NCBI GenBank assembly: GCA_963841915.1
Contig: CAWJEN010000006.1
Location: forward strand, 1,184,001-1,248,000
Direction: 5' to 3'
DNA: 64,000 nucleotides
Source: an uncultured Planctomycetota bacterium
GTDB lineage: Bacteria; Planctomycetota; Phycisphaerae; Tepidisphaerales; Tepidisphaeraceae
Shown here: positions 1 to 7,551 of the stretch, piece by piece
Layout: each line of letters opens with the position of its first letter
Numbering within the stretch: position 1 is the stretch's first letter
Notes under the pieces: model-generated
The model's input: only the letters and a program-made list of their open reading frames with translations
The model's database searches: none
Told to the model about the DNA's origin: nothing
Position numbers and translations under genes: made by a program

Positions 1-601
1 GCCGATTCTTGAACCGGAAGGCGGCGTTGCGGTCCCACGGGACGCTCGACATGAGCAGGTTGCCGCTAGGCGGAGGCGGACCGGGTTTGTCCGGGTCGTA
101 CCCCTCAGGCGGCGGAAGTTTCGGCAGCGAGAAGCTGTCCTTTTGCCAGAAGAACATCGGCGTCCCGTCGCTGAGCCCGAAGAGCAGCGGGTCGGTCCCA
201 CCCGGAAACGGCAGCCGAAGCTGGCCCCAGCCCAGGTGCGGATCGGCCTCGGCATCCTCGGCGTCGCCCTTACTTAAAGGTGTCACCTCCGCACCGGCGG
301 CCTTGGCCAGGATCTGACTGCCGAGGCCGACACCCAGCGTCGGCCGATCTTCGTCCACAAACCGTTGCACGAGTTCGACTTCGCCGTCGAGCCACCCGGC
401 CTTCTCGCCATACGCGTCGCCCGTCGTCAGCCGTTGTGGGCCACCGAGGATCACGAGCAGGCGGACCTCGTCGATGTCCTGCGGCACGCCATCGTGATCG
501 ACACGGTGGACACGCGTCGGAATGCCAAAGTCGCGGAAGCTGGGCGTGATCTGCCCGGGGCCGAAGGCGTCGTCGTGCTGGAGGATCAGGCAGTAACTCA
601 T
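1..601 (-). CDS. Class I glutamine amidotransferase-like protein (runs off left edge); nucleophile Cys replaced by Gly
   Basis: Not in the ORF track because it is open at the window edge. Manual translation from ATG 601: MSYCLILQHDDAFGPG...LLVILGGP...RPTLGVGLGSQILAKAAGAEV...FFWQKDSF, a GATase1 layout with GVGLG in place of G-x-C-LG. Confidence 0.8.
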   Translation of the reverse strand, partial: MSYCLILQHDDAFGPGQITPSFRDFGIPTRVHRVDHDGVPQDIDEVRLLVILGGPQRLTTGDAYGEKAGWLDGEVELVQRFVDEDRPTLGVGLGSQILAKAAGAEVTPLSKGDAEDAEADPHLGWGQLRLPFPGGTDPLLFGLSDGTPMFFWQKDSFSLPKLPPPEGYDPDKPGPPPPSGNLLMSSVPWDRNAAFRFKNR

Positions 602-856
602 GGCGGCCCATGAACCTACGCGCGTTGTCGTCGCGGCACAACTGACGGGCTTGCTGCCCGTCAGGAATCCGGGCGAGGCGGCCACAAAATATGTTTGACA
701 GATACCAAACATCACCCTACCATGCTCGGGTGGGCAAGGCCGTTGTTCGGCCTCGTCCTGACCGTGCTGCCCCACTCGGGTGCGGCGTTTCGGACGCCAG
801 GCGTCCCCGTTTTGCTTGCCCCCGCCGACGATCGGCGGGTGCCTTGTCACGTCCTC

Positions 857-1348
857 ATGGCCACACCGATCGACCCGAACGCGTTGTCCGCCCTTGGCGC
901 CGCAGGCACTGCCACCCGCGATTTGGCGACCCGCAGAACCTGCCACGAGCAGGCACTGCTTCGCCGGGCGACGCATCTCGACGATGGCGAGCGGAGGCTC
1001 TTCGAGGCCCACATCATCCGCGGCCTGACGGTGCGGCAACTGGCGGGCCTGCTCGACATTCACGCCGGCTCCGTCGCCCGGCGGATCCGCTCGATCCAGC
1101 GGCGGTTGGTCGACCCCAACGTCGCCGCCGTCGTCGACGCCGGTGGGGCGTTGTCGCTGATTGATCGGCAGATCGCGATTGGTCACCTGCTGCGACGCCG
1201 GCCGGTGGCCAGCATTGCCGCCGACGTTCGCAAGACGCCGCCGATCGTTCGCCAGCGGCTGCAGTACATCCGCGGCTGGCTCAAGGGTCGCCGAGATGGC
1301 GCGTTCGCCATGCGGGTGGCCATGCAGCAGACCCGGGAAGCAGCGTGA
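857..1348 (+). CDS. Tandem sigma70 region-4-like helix-turn-helix protein (putative regulator)
   Basis: Two HTH-like units: LDDGERRLFEAHIIRGLTVRQLAGLLDIHAGSVARRIRSI and LSLIDRQIAIGHLLRRRPVASIAADVRKTPPIVRQRLQYI. ATG 857 chosen within ORF 695..1348. Confidence 0.65.
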   Translation: MATPIDPNALSALGAAGTATRDLATRRTCHEQALLRRATHLDDGERRLFEAHIIRGLTVRQLAGLLDIHAGSVARRIRSIQRRLVDPNVAAVVDAGGALSLIDRQIAIGHLLRRRPVASIAADVRKTPPIVRQRLQYIRGWLKGRRDGAFAMRVAMQQTREAA

Positions 1349-1415
1349 AGCGTCGCCCTTGTGTGCCTGGTCCCGAACCTTTGATCTTTCCCCTGTTTTC
1401 GCTCACCTGACGCCG

Positions 1416-2072
1416 ATGAACCTGTTCCCAACTCCGCTGATGCGACTGGCGGCCGACGTGTTCGGCGTCGACCCTGACGCGCCCGACGTGCTGCGCCCGC
1501 CGGACGTCGAACCGCCCGTCGCCGAGGCGGGCAAGATCGTGTTGTTCAACGGCCCGAGCGGTGGTGGCAAAACGACCGCCCTTCGTCGTCACGCCGACGC
1601 CGCTCGCGAGGCCGGTTGGCACGTCGTCGATGTCGGCCGACTGCGCCTTAAGCCGGTCGCCTGCGTCGAGCAGTTCGGCAAGAGCGGCGACGACGAACGC
1701 GACTTTGCCTTTGCCGCCAGCCGACTCAATCAAGTCGGCCTCGGTGAAGTTCGGGTCATGCTCCGCCCGCCCAGCCGGCTCAGCGACGGGCAGCGCTGGC
1801 GACTTCGCGTGGCTGTGGCCGTGTTTGGTGTCCTGCGTCGGCACGCCCTGGCCAAGAAGGCCAAGCGGCCAGGTGTGCCGGAACTGCTGGTGATCGACGA
1901 ATTCTGTGCCGTCCTCGATCGCGTAGCAGGCCCGGTGGTCGCACGGTCACTTCGCCAGACGATCGATCGCGTCAGCCGCGTCGGCGCGCCGCTTGCCGCC
2001 GCGGTGGCCACGAGTCACGACGACCTCCGCCCGGCCCTGCGACCGGATCACATCGTCTGGTGCGAAAGCTGA
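1416..2072 (+). CDS. Stand-alone ABC-family ATPase of the acetyltransferase-associated (COG2401-like) type
   Basis: Walker A GPSGGGKTT, signature LSDGQRWRL, Walker B/D-loop LLVIDEFCAVLDR, H-loop VATSHDDL. No permease nearby. Confidence 0.8.
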   Translation: MNLFPTPLMRLAADVFGVDPDAPDVLRPPDVEPPVAEAGKIVLFNGPSGGGKTTALRRHADAAREAGWHVVDVGRLRLKPVACVEQFGKSGDDERDFAFAASRLNQVGLGEVRVMLRPPSRLSDGQRWRLRVAVAVFGVLRRHALAKKAKRPGVPELLVIDEFCAVLDRVAGPVVARSLRQTIDRVSRVGAPLAAAVATSHDDLRPALRPDHIVWCES

Positions 2073-2077
2073 ACGCC

Positions 2078-2449
2078 TCAGCAGGCGACTTGCCGCAGGA
2101 GCACGAACAGCACCATGCCGACCATCACTGCCGAGAGGATGATCGCCCGCCGCTTGTCTTCCTTTTCGAAGTGCCGCGTGCTGACCTTGCGGTTGACGCG
2201 GGCCTTGGGATCACGTTCGTGGTCGACGAAGCACTTCTGGCAAATCGACGTCGGGCCCCAGGGTTTGAGGTTTTCCGGGACCGTCGGCTTGCCGCACTCG
2301 GCACAGGGGACGCGACGTTTCTTGTCGAGCCGGTGGCAGTCTTTGCACAAGTAACCGTCGCCGTCGCGATAGCGGCGGTGGCCGTCGAGGCTCGTGCCGC
2401 ACTGCTTGCAGACTTTGGGCTTCTGGGCCGTCGTGGTCGGGGTGCTCAT
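2078..2449 (-). CDS. Zinc-finger protein (4 x CxxC) with C-terminal transmembrane helix
   Basis: CKQC...CKDC...CAEC...CQKC followed by hydrophobic AIILSAVMVGMVLFVLL. Confidence 0.7.
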   Translation of the reverse strand: MSTPTTTAQKPKVCKQCGTSLDGHRRYRDGDGYLCKDCHRLDKKRRVPCAECGKPTVPENLKPWGPTSICQKCFVDHERDPKARVNRKVSTRHFEKEDKRRAIILSAVMVGMVLFVLLRQVAC

Positions 2450-2480
2450 CTGAAGAACGGGAACAGCAGGACTTTATGCC

Positions 2481-3026
2481 ATGTCGAGCACCTTGAATCA
2501 ACCCGCAGTCACTCGTTCGCCCTGGCGTGGCCCCGCGTGGATCGGCGGCCGCTGGCGGCTCACGACCGGCACACCCGCCGATTACAAGCTCCTGGCAAAG
2601 TGGCACTACCGCGCGGGCCAGCCTGCAACGTGGTGCCGCGTGGTCGTCGTTCGCCACGAACGCCCGGGCGTGCCGGCCCCGGTGGGTGACGTCGTCGCGG
2701 CCGTCGGTGTGCTGAGCTGGCCCACCATCTGCAGCCGCGGGCGGTTCGAAACCTTCGATCTCGACCGCCGCGACTACCGCCACCTCGCCCGCTGGGCCAA
2801 CGCCAACATCCGCACGATCAGCCGCGTCATCGTGCGGCCCAGCTACCGCGGCGCGGGTCTGGCCAAAGCCGTTATCAGCGAGCTCATCCACCGATGCCCG
2901 ACGCCCTACGTCGAAGCAACTGCCGCCATGGGAGCGTTTCACCCGATGTTCGAGCGCTGCGGCATGAAGCGTCTCGACCCCGCAGGTGGCAAACCCTACT
3001 TCTGGCGCGCGGTGCCGTCACCTTGA
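2481..3026 (+). CDS. GNAT acetyltransferase, Mom/COG2401-like
   Basis: LAKWHYR motif, ISRVIVRPSYRGAGLAK acetyl-CoA-binding motif, AMGAFHPMFERCGM C-terminus. Confidence 0.8.
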   Translation: MSSTLNQPAVTRSPWRGPAWIGGRWRLTTGTPADYKLLAKWHYRAGQPATWCRVVVVRHERPGVPAPVGDVVAAVGVLSWPTICSRGRFETFDLDRRDYRHLARWANANIRTISRVIVRPSYRGAGLAKAVISELIHRCPTPYVEATAAMGAFHPMFERCGMKRLDPAGGKPYFWRAVPSP

Positions 3027-3180
3027 CCGCCGCGGAGCGAGTTGAAGAGAACTCACCTAAAATCGTGCAGATTCGCCCGAGGCCCTTCGGCTGCGCCCTG
3101 AAGGACGAACGGCGAACACGCTTACTCGCGGGTCAAAATCATATTGGCGGCCGCCGGGGCGCAGCGCGGCCAGAGCGTGC

Positions 3181-3699
3181 ATGTCCAAGACCATCACCGC
3201 CTCCCGGGCCGCCGAGCGGTTGCGCAACTTCGAAGCCACACGCAAAGTGCTGACGAGCCAGGAACGCAAACGGCAGTTCCCAAGCGCACAGCTATCCAAG
3301 AAGCACCGTGACGTGCTGGCGGCGGTCGCTGAGGGATCGTCGCTCGAAGAAGCTCGTCGTCGGCACAAGGTGGCCGATCGGACGCTGTTGAAGTGGATGA
3401 AACTACCAGAATTTGCCAAGCGTTTGCGGGAAAAGCAGGAAGTCGCCTCGCTGTGCAAAGGCGACGTCGGCCGTCTGCGGGTGATCCTGCTCGACGCCGC
3501 CACCGACGCCGCCCATGTGCTGGCCGCCAGCGTCCGTGGCGAAATCGAGCTCGACGCCAGCCGGGCCAAGTCGTGCCTCGAGGTGCTCAAACTCGTCCCA
3601 CTCGAAGCCGCGTCGGCAGACAACGAACCCTCACCTCTCGCCGCCAGCGTTACTGCGGCAGAAGCCAGCGACCTCGTCGACGCCCTGAAGAACCGGTAG
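3181..3699 (+). CDS. HTH protein, putative terminase small subunit
   Basis: LSKKHRDVLAAVAEGSSLEEARRRHKVADRTLLKWMKLPEF HTH followed by helical segments; directly upstream of a large terminase. Confidence 0.6.
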   Translation: MSKTITASRAAERLRNFEATRKVLTSQERKRQFPSAQLSKKHRDVLAAVAEGSSLEEARRRHKVADRTLLKWMKLPEFAKRLREKQEVASLCKGDVGRLRVILLDAATDAAHVLAASVRGEIELDASRAKSCLEVLKLVPLEAASADNEPSPLAASVTAAEASDLVDALKNR

Positions 3700-3742
3700 G
3701 CCCCACGACCTCGCTCCCGCTTCCTCCGTCGTCCCAAGCGCA

Positions 3743-5173
3743 GTGGATCGACCCCATCTTCAGAAAACTTTCGCAAAAATGCCCTTCAAGCCCTGCCGCA
3801 CGCCTGATCAACTCCACGCTTGGGTCCGCCTGTTCGTCGGCCTCGACGTGCCGCGCGTCGCACTGTGCGACGGGCACGATGCGCCGTTCGACTACCTCGT
3901 CAAAAGCTACTTCGAGCCGACGAACGACCTGGTCGTCTGGGCACCACGAGGCGGCGGCAAGACGCGGCTGGCGGCGGTCGCGACACTGCTCGATTTGCTG
4001 CACAAACCCGGCACGGCCGTCCGCGTCCTGGGCGGTTCGCTCGAACAATCGCTCAAACTCTGGGATTATCTGCTGCCCGACCTGTCGCGGATCGGCCGCC
4101 GGTTGTTCAAGGGCGGCAAGGCACCGCGGGAGACCAGCCGACGCGTGCGCCTGACCAACGGCAGCGACGGGGCCGTCCTGACGCAAAGCCAGAAGGCGGT
4201 GCGCGGCCTGCGCGTGCAGAAGCTGCGGTGCGACGAGGTCGAAGTCTTCGACGCCGACGTGTGGGAAGCGGCCCAGCTGGCGACGCGCAGCGGCCCGGTC
4301 GCCGCCGCCGCGGTCGAGGCCGCCAGCACGCACCACAAACCCGGCGGCCTGATGGGTCGCATCATCGACTCGGCCATACGTCGCAAGGTGCCGGTGTTGC
4401 GCTGGTGCCTGCTCGACGTGCTGGCCCGGTGCGAGCCCGAGCGGTCATGCGACGGCTGCACATTGTGGGACGAATGCGGCGGCAGAGCCAAGACGAAGTC
4501 GAGCGGCTTCATCAGCGTCGCCGACGCCATCGCCATGAAAGGCCGGGTGTCCAAAGAAACGTGGGAAGCCGAGATGTTGTGCCAACGGCCCAGCACGCGC
4601 GGGTGCGTGTTTCCGACGTTCGACGAGGCGGTTCATGTCAAACCGTTCGGCGGCAAGACGGGCGACTGGGCGATCGGCGTCGACTTCGGCTACGCGGCGC
4701 CGTTCGTCGCGCTCTGGATCGCGATCAACGGCGAGCAGGTTCACGTGGTCGACGAATACCTGCAACGCGGCCGCACCGTTCCCGAGCATGCGGCCGAGAT
4801 GAAGCGTCGCCAATGGCCGGCGCGGAAGGTGCTGTGCGACCCGGCCGGCGCGGCCATCGTCGGCCAGACCGGCGACAGCGACGTCGGCGTCCTGCGGGCA
4901 AGCGGCTTTGCGGTTCGGTTCCGCTCGAGCCGCATCACCGAGGGCCTGGAGCTCATCCGCCGCCGCCTCTGCCCCGCCGACGGCAGCGGCCCGACGCTCT
5001 TCATCGACCCGCGTTGCCGACAGCTCATCGTCGCCATGCGGTCTTACGCCTACGGCGAGAGAGTCGGCGAAAACCCGCACAAAGACGGCACCTACGACCA
5101 CCCGATCGACGCCCTGCGCTACGCGCTGGTCAACCTCGCCCGGGCTGAAAGAGTTCGATCGTCGACAGTGTGA
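3743..5173 (+). CDS. Phage-type terminase large subunit (ATPase plus RNase H-like nuclease)
   Basis: Walker A APRGGGKT, VRG..Walker B LRCDEVE, motif III AST, nuclease acidic motifs GVDFG, CDPA and DHPIDALRY. True start may be ATG 3779. Confidence 0.88.
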   Translation: MDRPHLQKTFAKMPFKPCRTPDQLHAWVRLFVGLDVPRVALCDGHDAPFDYLVKSYFEPTNDLVVWAPRGGGKTRLAAVATLLDLLHKPGTAVRVLGGSLEQSLKLWDYLLPDLSRIGRRLFKGGKAPRETSRRVRLTNGSDGAVLTQSQKAVRGLRVQKLRCDEVEVFDADVWEAAQLATRSGPVAAAAVEAASTHHKPGGLMGRIIDSAIRRKVPVLRWCLLDVLARCEPERSCDGCTLWDECGGRAKTKSSGFISVADAIAMKGRVSKETWEAEMLCQRPSTRGCVFPTFDEAVHVKPFGGKTGDWAIGVDFGYAAPFVALWIAINGEQVHVVDEYLQRGRTVPEHAAEMKRRQWPARKVLCDPAGAAIVGQTGDSDVGVLRASGFAVRFRSSRITEGLELIRRRLCPADGSGPTLFIDPRCRQLIVAMRSYAYGERVGENPHKDGTYDHPIDALRYALVNLARAERVRSSTV

Positions 5174-5290
5174 TCAAGTTGAGGGTCTGACGAAGTGGAC
5201 GCGACACGATGAGTATCGCGGTCGAACCGCGAGCGACAGTCGCCACGCGGACGCCGCATGATGAGGACTAGACTTGCAGCCCCACCGTCC

Positions 5291-5377
5291 GGAAGCGTGG
5301 CAGAGTGGTTGAATGTACCGGTCTTGAAAACCGGCAGGCACGCAAGTGTCTCGTGGGTTCGAATCCCACCGCTTCCG
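5291..5377 (+). tRNA. tRNA-Ser(UGA)
   Basis: GGAAGCG/CGCTTCC acceptor stem, anticodon arm CCGGT-CT-TGA-AA-ACCGG, long variable arm, GGTTCGAATCC T-arm. CCA not encoded. Confidence 0.97.
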
Positions 5378-5399
5378 CTACTTTAAGTCGAATGGTGAG

Positions 5400-5630
5400 A
5401 ACCGCCGCCTCCACCTCGTCAGGCGGCCGACGTCGTCGTAGGCGTAGCGGTGGACGAGCGTGTTCGTGGCGTCGCTGATGCGTTCTTCGATCAGGCGGCC
5501 CAGCGGGGCGGCCGGGGCGTCCCAATTCGGTTCGTCGCCCCAACCGTCGGCGGCGAGGGTCTAGTCGTCGTAGACCATCCCCGTGATGACGCCGGTCCGC
5601 CGCCTACGTCGACGGGTCGTTCGGCCTGCG
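5400..5630 (-). pseudogene. Degenerate RHS/YD-repeat fragment
   Basis: Reads GVITGMVYDD*TLAADGWGDEPNWDAPAAPLGRLIEERISDATNTLVHRYAYDDVGRLTRW. This aligns with GVVTEHVYDDETYVADVHDTDLDWPASPTLGRMVEERV...LVHRYAYDALGRRTAW in the RHS gene at ~9560-9750. In-frame TAG, no start. Confidence 0.8.
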
Positions 5631-5867
5631 GATGTGGATCAGAAGAACGTCGGGACGCCGTATGTGGCCTCCGATCGCCAATACAAGCCGCTACCGACCG
5701 CTGCACGCTGCGACACGGCCACCGCCGCCGCGCAGGAGTGGGACGGCGGCTCCGGCTCACTCATCCTGTTGATCGGCCGCGGTAGCGAGAGAAGCGTTGG
5801 AAAAGGCTCGCGACCCCTTTTTCTCCCCGTCTAAATCTTCTCTGCAAAATAGGCTGCGGACTACAGG

Positions 5868-6419
5868 TTAAGTGTGTGACTCTGCGTCTTGGACGTCTTC
5901 CGGTAGGAGCTCGTCATTTGCCAGCGCGACTCTAGCTACAGCTTCCCCAACGGCAACGGGCTGAGGTGGCACATGTTCAATTCTGCTGTGATGCATCACA
6001 ACCACTCCACCTCTCGCAGGATGTGTCTGCTTTACGATAATCTCATTCTTTCGCTTCTGCACGATGATGTACTTCCAGACTGAACTAACAACGTCTTCTT
6101 CGTTAGAACCAAGTATTTGCCGGTGTTCTGCTTCAACTCGTTTACGAGTTTCGGCATCGGCAAAATGCGTTGAACTGCTTAGAGCCTTTAGTACGGAAGC
6201 ACCGATGCCTGCCGCATCACTGAGGCCCTGAAAATCCCATGAGGGCTCCCCGGAGCCCGTCCACATCCTACCCGCAAAGTGAACCGAGAGCACCTTCACC
6301 TCTGCTCGTGGACATCGCTTGACGTATACGGAGCATTCGTGAATGCCTGTGGTATCATAAGCCCAGTAATCTTCTTGCTCGGGCATGAGCTTCTGGAGAA
6401 TGTTGGTAAAATATCTCAC
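5868..6419 (-). CDS. Orphan toxin immunity protein (CdiI-like)
   Basis: Lower GC than flanks; GTGA overlap with an upstream toxin-like tail; GIGASVLKALSSS and VGEAVARV segments resemble CdiI-type immunity proteins. Confidence 0.6.
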   Translation of the reverse strand: MRYFTNILQKLMPEQEDYWAYDTTGIHECSVYVKRCPRAEVKVLSVHFAGRMWTGSGEPSWDFQGLSDAAGIGASVLKALSSSTHFADAETRKRVEAEHRQILGSNEEDVVSSVWKYIIVQKRKNEIIVKQTHPARGGVVVMHHSRIEHVPPQPVAVGEAVARVALANDELLPEDVQDAESHT

Positions 6420-6512
6420 GAGATAAATTGGACAACGACCTTAACATTCGGAAATTGCGAAGATGCGTTCTTGACCCATTGAGCAAGAGCTCCAGCTTGT
6501 GCCGCGGGAGGT
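6416..6512 (-). pseudogene. C-terminal remnant of a polymorphic toxin
   Basis: ...ALAQWVKNASSQFPNVKVVVQFIS* (helix-strand ending typical of nuclease toxin tips), stop overlaps the immunity start, 5' end cut at the repeat copy 6513-6532. Confidence 0.5.
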
Positions 6513-6739
6513 AAAGGGGTCGCGAGCCTTTTCGACACTGTGAGCACAGCATGATGTTCGCAGCCGTCGCACCCGCATGTTGTACCGCATCGGCCGAGGC
6601 GGCGACAAGGGTAGACCGGGCAATGAACCATCCGGAGGCAGAAAAGGCTCGCGACCCCGTTTTCTGCCCTCGCGACCCCTTTGTCTCCCCGGCAACAAAG
6701 GCTCGCGACCTTTATCTGCCGCCGTCACTGATGAAGCCA

Positions 6740-7549
6740 TCAGCGAGTTTCCACATGCTCGGCAGGAAAGCGGACGATGTGGTCCTTCAGCTTCTCAGGC
6801 ACCTCGATCTCGACGTCCGTGTACTCGGCGTAGTGCACGAGGAACGTCGCGTCCATTGCCACTTTCAACGTCACGTCCATCTTCGGGAACTCGGCCGTCT
6901 TGTAGTAGGTGGCGTAGTCGGCCAGCGAGCCCGACGCCTCCTCCTCGGCCCCCTCCAGAATATGTTCGAGGGTCCACAAGAGCAGCCGCTCGCGGCGACG
7001 CCGGCCTTCGAGGATCGTCGCGACATGTTCCTGAAGTTGCTCGCGGGGCCGGCCGCGGAGAACGCCGGCCAGGACCAGCAGCCAGGCCCTGTTCTCCTTC
7101 TTCTGGTCGATGTCGAGTTGGACGTCGTCCCGGGGGTACTCGGCGAAGCGGAGCAGGCGGTCCCACTCGCCGAGGGATGAGCACCAGACCAGGGCGTCTT
7201 GCCACGCCGAACTCCACGAGCATGTTCGATCCTGCCAAGCCCGGTCAGGTGGCTGATCGCCATAGTTCCCGGAAGGCTCCTCGTCCCGCCACGAGCCGAA
7301 GAAATACTCCTCCGTGGAGTTCAAGCAACGACGAGCCCATTCGGCGGAAATCCGATGCTCGTCCGCGAGATACGCCGTCAAGGCGATGAAGCCAAAACTG
7401 CTTTCGTCCGAAGAAAGCAACCCACCAAGCCCAACATTAGCAACCGCTGTAGCTTGCGGTACCTCCCTTCTGATCTCTTCATAGTCGTTTATTCTCTCTT
7501 GAAAAGCGTAATCATCTTTAGTTAGAGCCAATCGTGCTCGCAGGGTCAT
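6740..7549 (-). CDS. Cognate immunity protein of the RHS toxin (alpha-helical, Imm49-like)
   Basis: Starts 2 nt after the toxin stop; acidic, Trp-rich helical 269-aa protein. The family assignment is tentative. Confidence 0.7.
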   Translation of the reverse strand: MTLRARLALTKDDYAFQERINDYEEIRREVPQATAVANVGLGGLLSSDESSFGFIALTAYLADEHRISAEWARRCLNSTEEYFFGSWRDEEPSGNYGDQPPDRAWQDRTCSWSSAWQDALVWCSSLGEWDRLLRFAEYPRDDVQLDIDQKKENRAWLLVLAGVLRGRPREQLQEHVATILEGRRRRERLLLWTLEHILEGAEEEASGSLADYATYYKTAEFPKMDVTLKVAMDATFLVHYAEYTDVEIEVPEKLKDHIVRFPAEHVETR

Positions 7550-7551
7550 AT

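Larger units (their letters stand above)
5801..6713. repeat. Five copies of a ~21-bp imperfect palindrome AAAAGGCTCGCGACCCCTTTT
   Basis: Copies at 5801-5821(+), 6513-6532(-), 6642-6663(+), 6669-6683(+, partial) and 6697-6713(+, partial); TCGCGA core. Confidence 0.9.

Noticed and set aside
5801..6713. CRISPR array
   Set aside because: Repeats are irregularly spaced, in both orientations, partly truncated, and there are no cas genes.
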